Source of the DNA: Candidatus Bathyarchaeia archaeon
Lineage (GTDB): Archaea; Thermoproteota; Bathyarchaeia; Bathyarchaeales; Bathycorpusculaceae
Reading direction: 5' to 3'
Length of the DNA stretch: 24,549 nucleotides
Assembly: GCA_037481775.1 (NCBI GenBank)
Contig: JBBFKZ010000013.1
Location: 12,205-36,753 of the forward strand
Shown here: positions 24,120-24,549 of the stretch, one piece after another
Layout of the letters: each line of letters opens with the position of its first letter
How positions within the stretch are numbered: position 1 is the stretch's first letter
Made by a program: the position numbers and the translations under genes
Notes under the pieces: generated by a model
Told to the model about the DNA's origin: nothing
The model's input: only the letters and a program-made list of their open reading frames with translations
Databases searched by the model: none

Positions 24120-24549
24120 ATGAGACTTGGTGTTCTGTTTTCAGGCGGTAAAGATTCAACACTTGCCTTGCATAAGGCCGCGGAAAACGCGGAAATAGCA
24201 TGCCTAGTTACGTTGGTTTCTGAGAATAAAGAGAGCTTCATGTTTCACACTCCAAACATAGACCTGACCGCGCTTCAAGCTGAAGCACTGGGTTTGCCGC
24301 TGATAAGAAAAGCCACAAAAGGCGCCTGTGAAGAGGAGCTTAAAGACTTGGAAGAAGCCATAACGCAAGCAGTTAGGGACTTTAGTATTGAGGGTGTTGT
24401 TACAGGTGCTGTGGAATCTGCTTATCAATCCCGGCGCATTCAAAGCATCTGTGATCGCTTGCATATTGTCTGCATTAATCCGCTCTGGAAGCGAAACCAA
24501 AAATCTCTCTTGGATGAGTTGGTGGCGAAAGGTTTCGTAGTAATCATCT
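24120..24549 (+). CDS. diphthine-ammonia ligase (Dph6) / DUF71 ATP pyrophosphatase family, 3'-truncated by the window edge
   Basis: Not in the ORF track because no stop falls in the window. Translation MRLGVLFSGGKDS..SFMFHTPN..QAEALGLPL..GVVTGAVESAYQ..NPLW. Confidence 0.93.
   Translation, partial: MRLGVLFSGGKDSTLALHKAAENAEIACLVTLVSENKESFMFHTPNIDLTALQAEALGLPLIRKATKGACEEELKDLEEAITQAVRDFSIEGVVTGAVESAYQSRRIQSICDRLHIVCINPLWKRNQKSLLDELVAKGFVVII

Noticed and set aside
23839-24500. Minus-strand ORFs 23839-24201, 23856-24044 and 24204-24500
   Set aside because: They are antisense to serA and the Dph6-family gene, which carry clear conserved motifs.
1-24549. CRISPR array, rRNA, tRNA introns, Sec/Pyl readthrough, and the remaining short nested or antisense ORFs
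   Set aside because: No periodic repeat-spacer pattern or rRNA-like sequence was seen. Both tRNAs are intronless, no recognised gene is split by an in-frame stop, and the nested ORFs shadow well-supported genes.

Overview
Archaeal chromosomal window. Evidence: TrmY, a Dph6-like ATP pyrophosphatase, archaeal-type SHMT, BRE/TATA promoters and many TTG/GTG starts. Gene style suggests Bathyarchaeia, but that is an inference. Left to right: a SAM methyltransferase; a CobD-like PLP enzyme with a small repeat membrane protein; a GT2-GT2-GT4 operon converging on a radical SAM/SPASM-DUF362 pair; an AT-rich islet of small Cys-rich ORFs; vapBC-trmY; thiL; tRNA-Thr(CGT); mscS; a decayed region; a Zn-finger gene; tRNA-Pro(TGG); a wHTH-like gene; a 1009-aa membrane pyrophosphatase; dtxR(FeoA)-feoB with two palindromic operators; glyA-serA; and a partial Dph6-family gene. 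The most unusual item is the pyrophosphatase. It has an extra 17th helix and about 280 aa of Ig-like/beta-sandwich domains of a type normally seen in secreted proteins. Also notable are a tRNA-Thr with a non-canonical T-loop (A54/G60) close to the position-54 methyltransferase gene, and a CobD gene that must start at a non-standard codon (probably CTG). No CRISPR array, rRNA gene or intact mobile element was seen.
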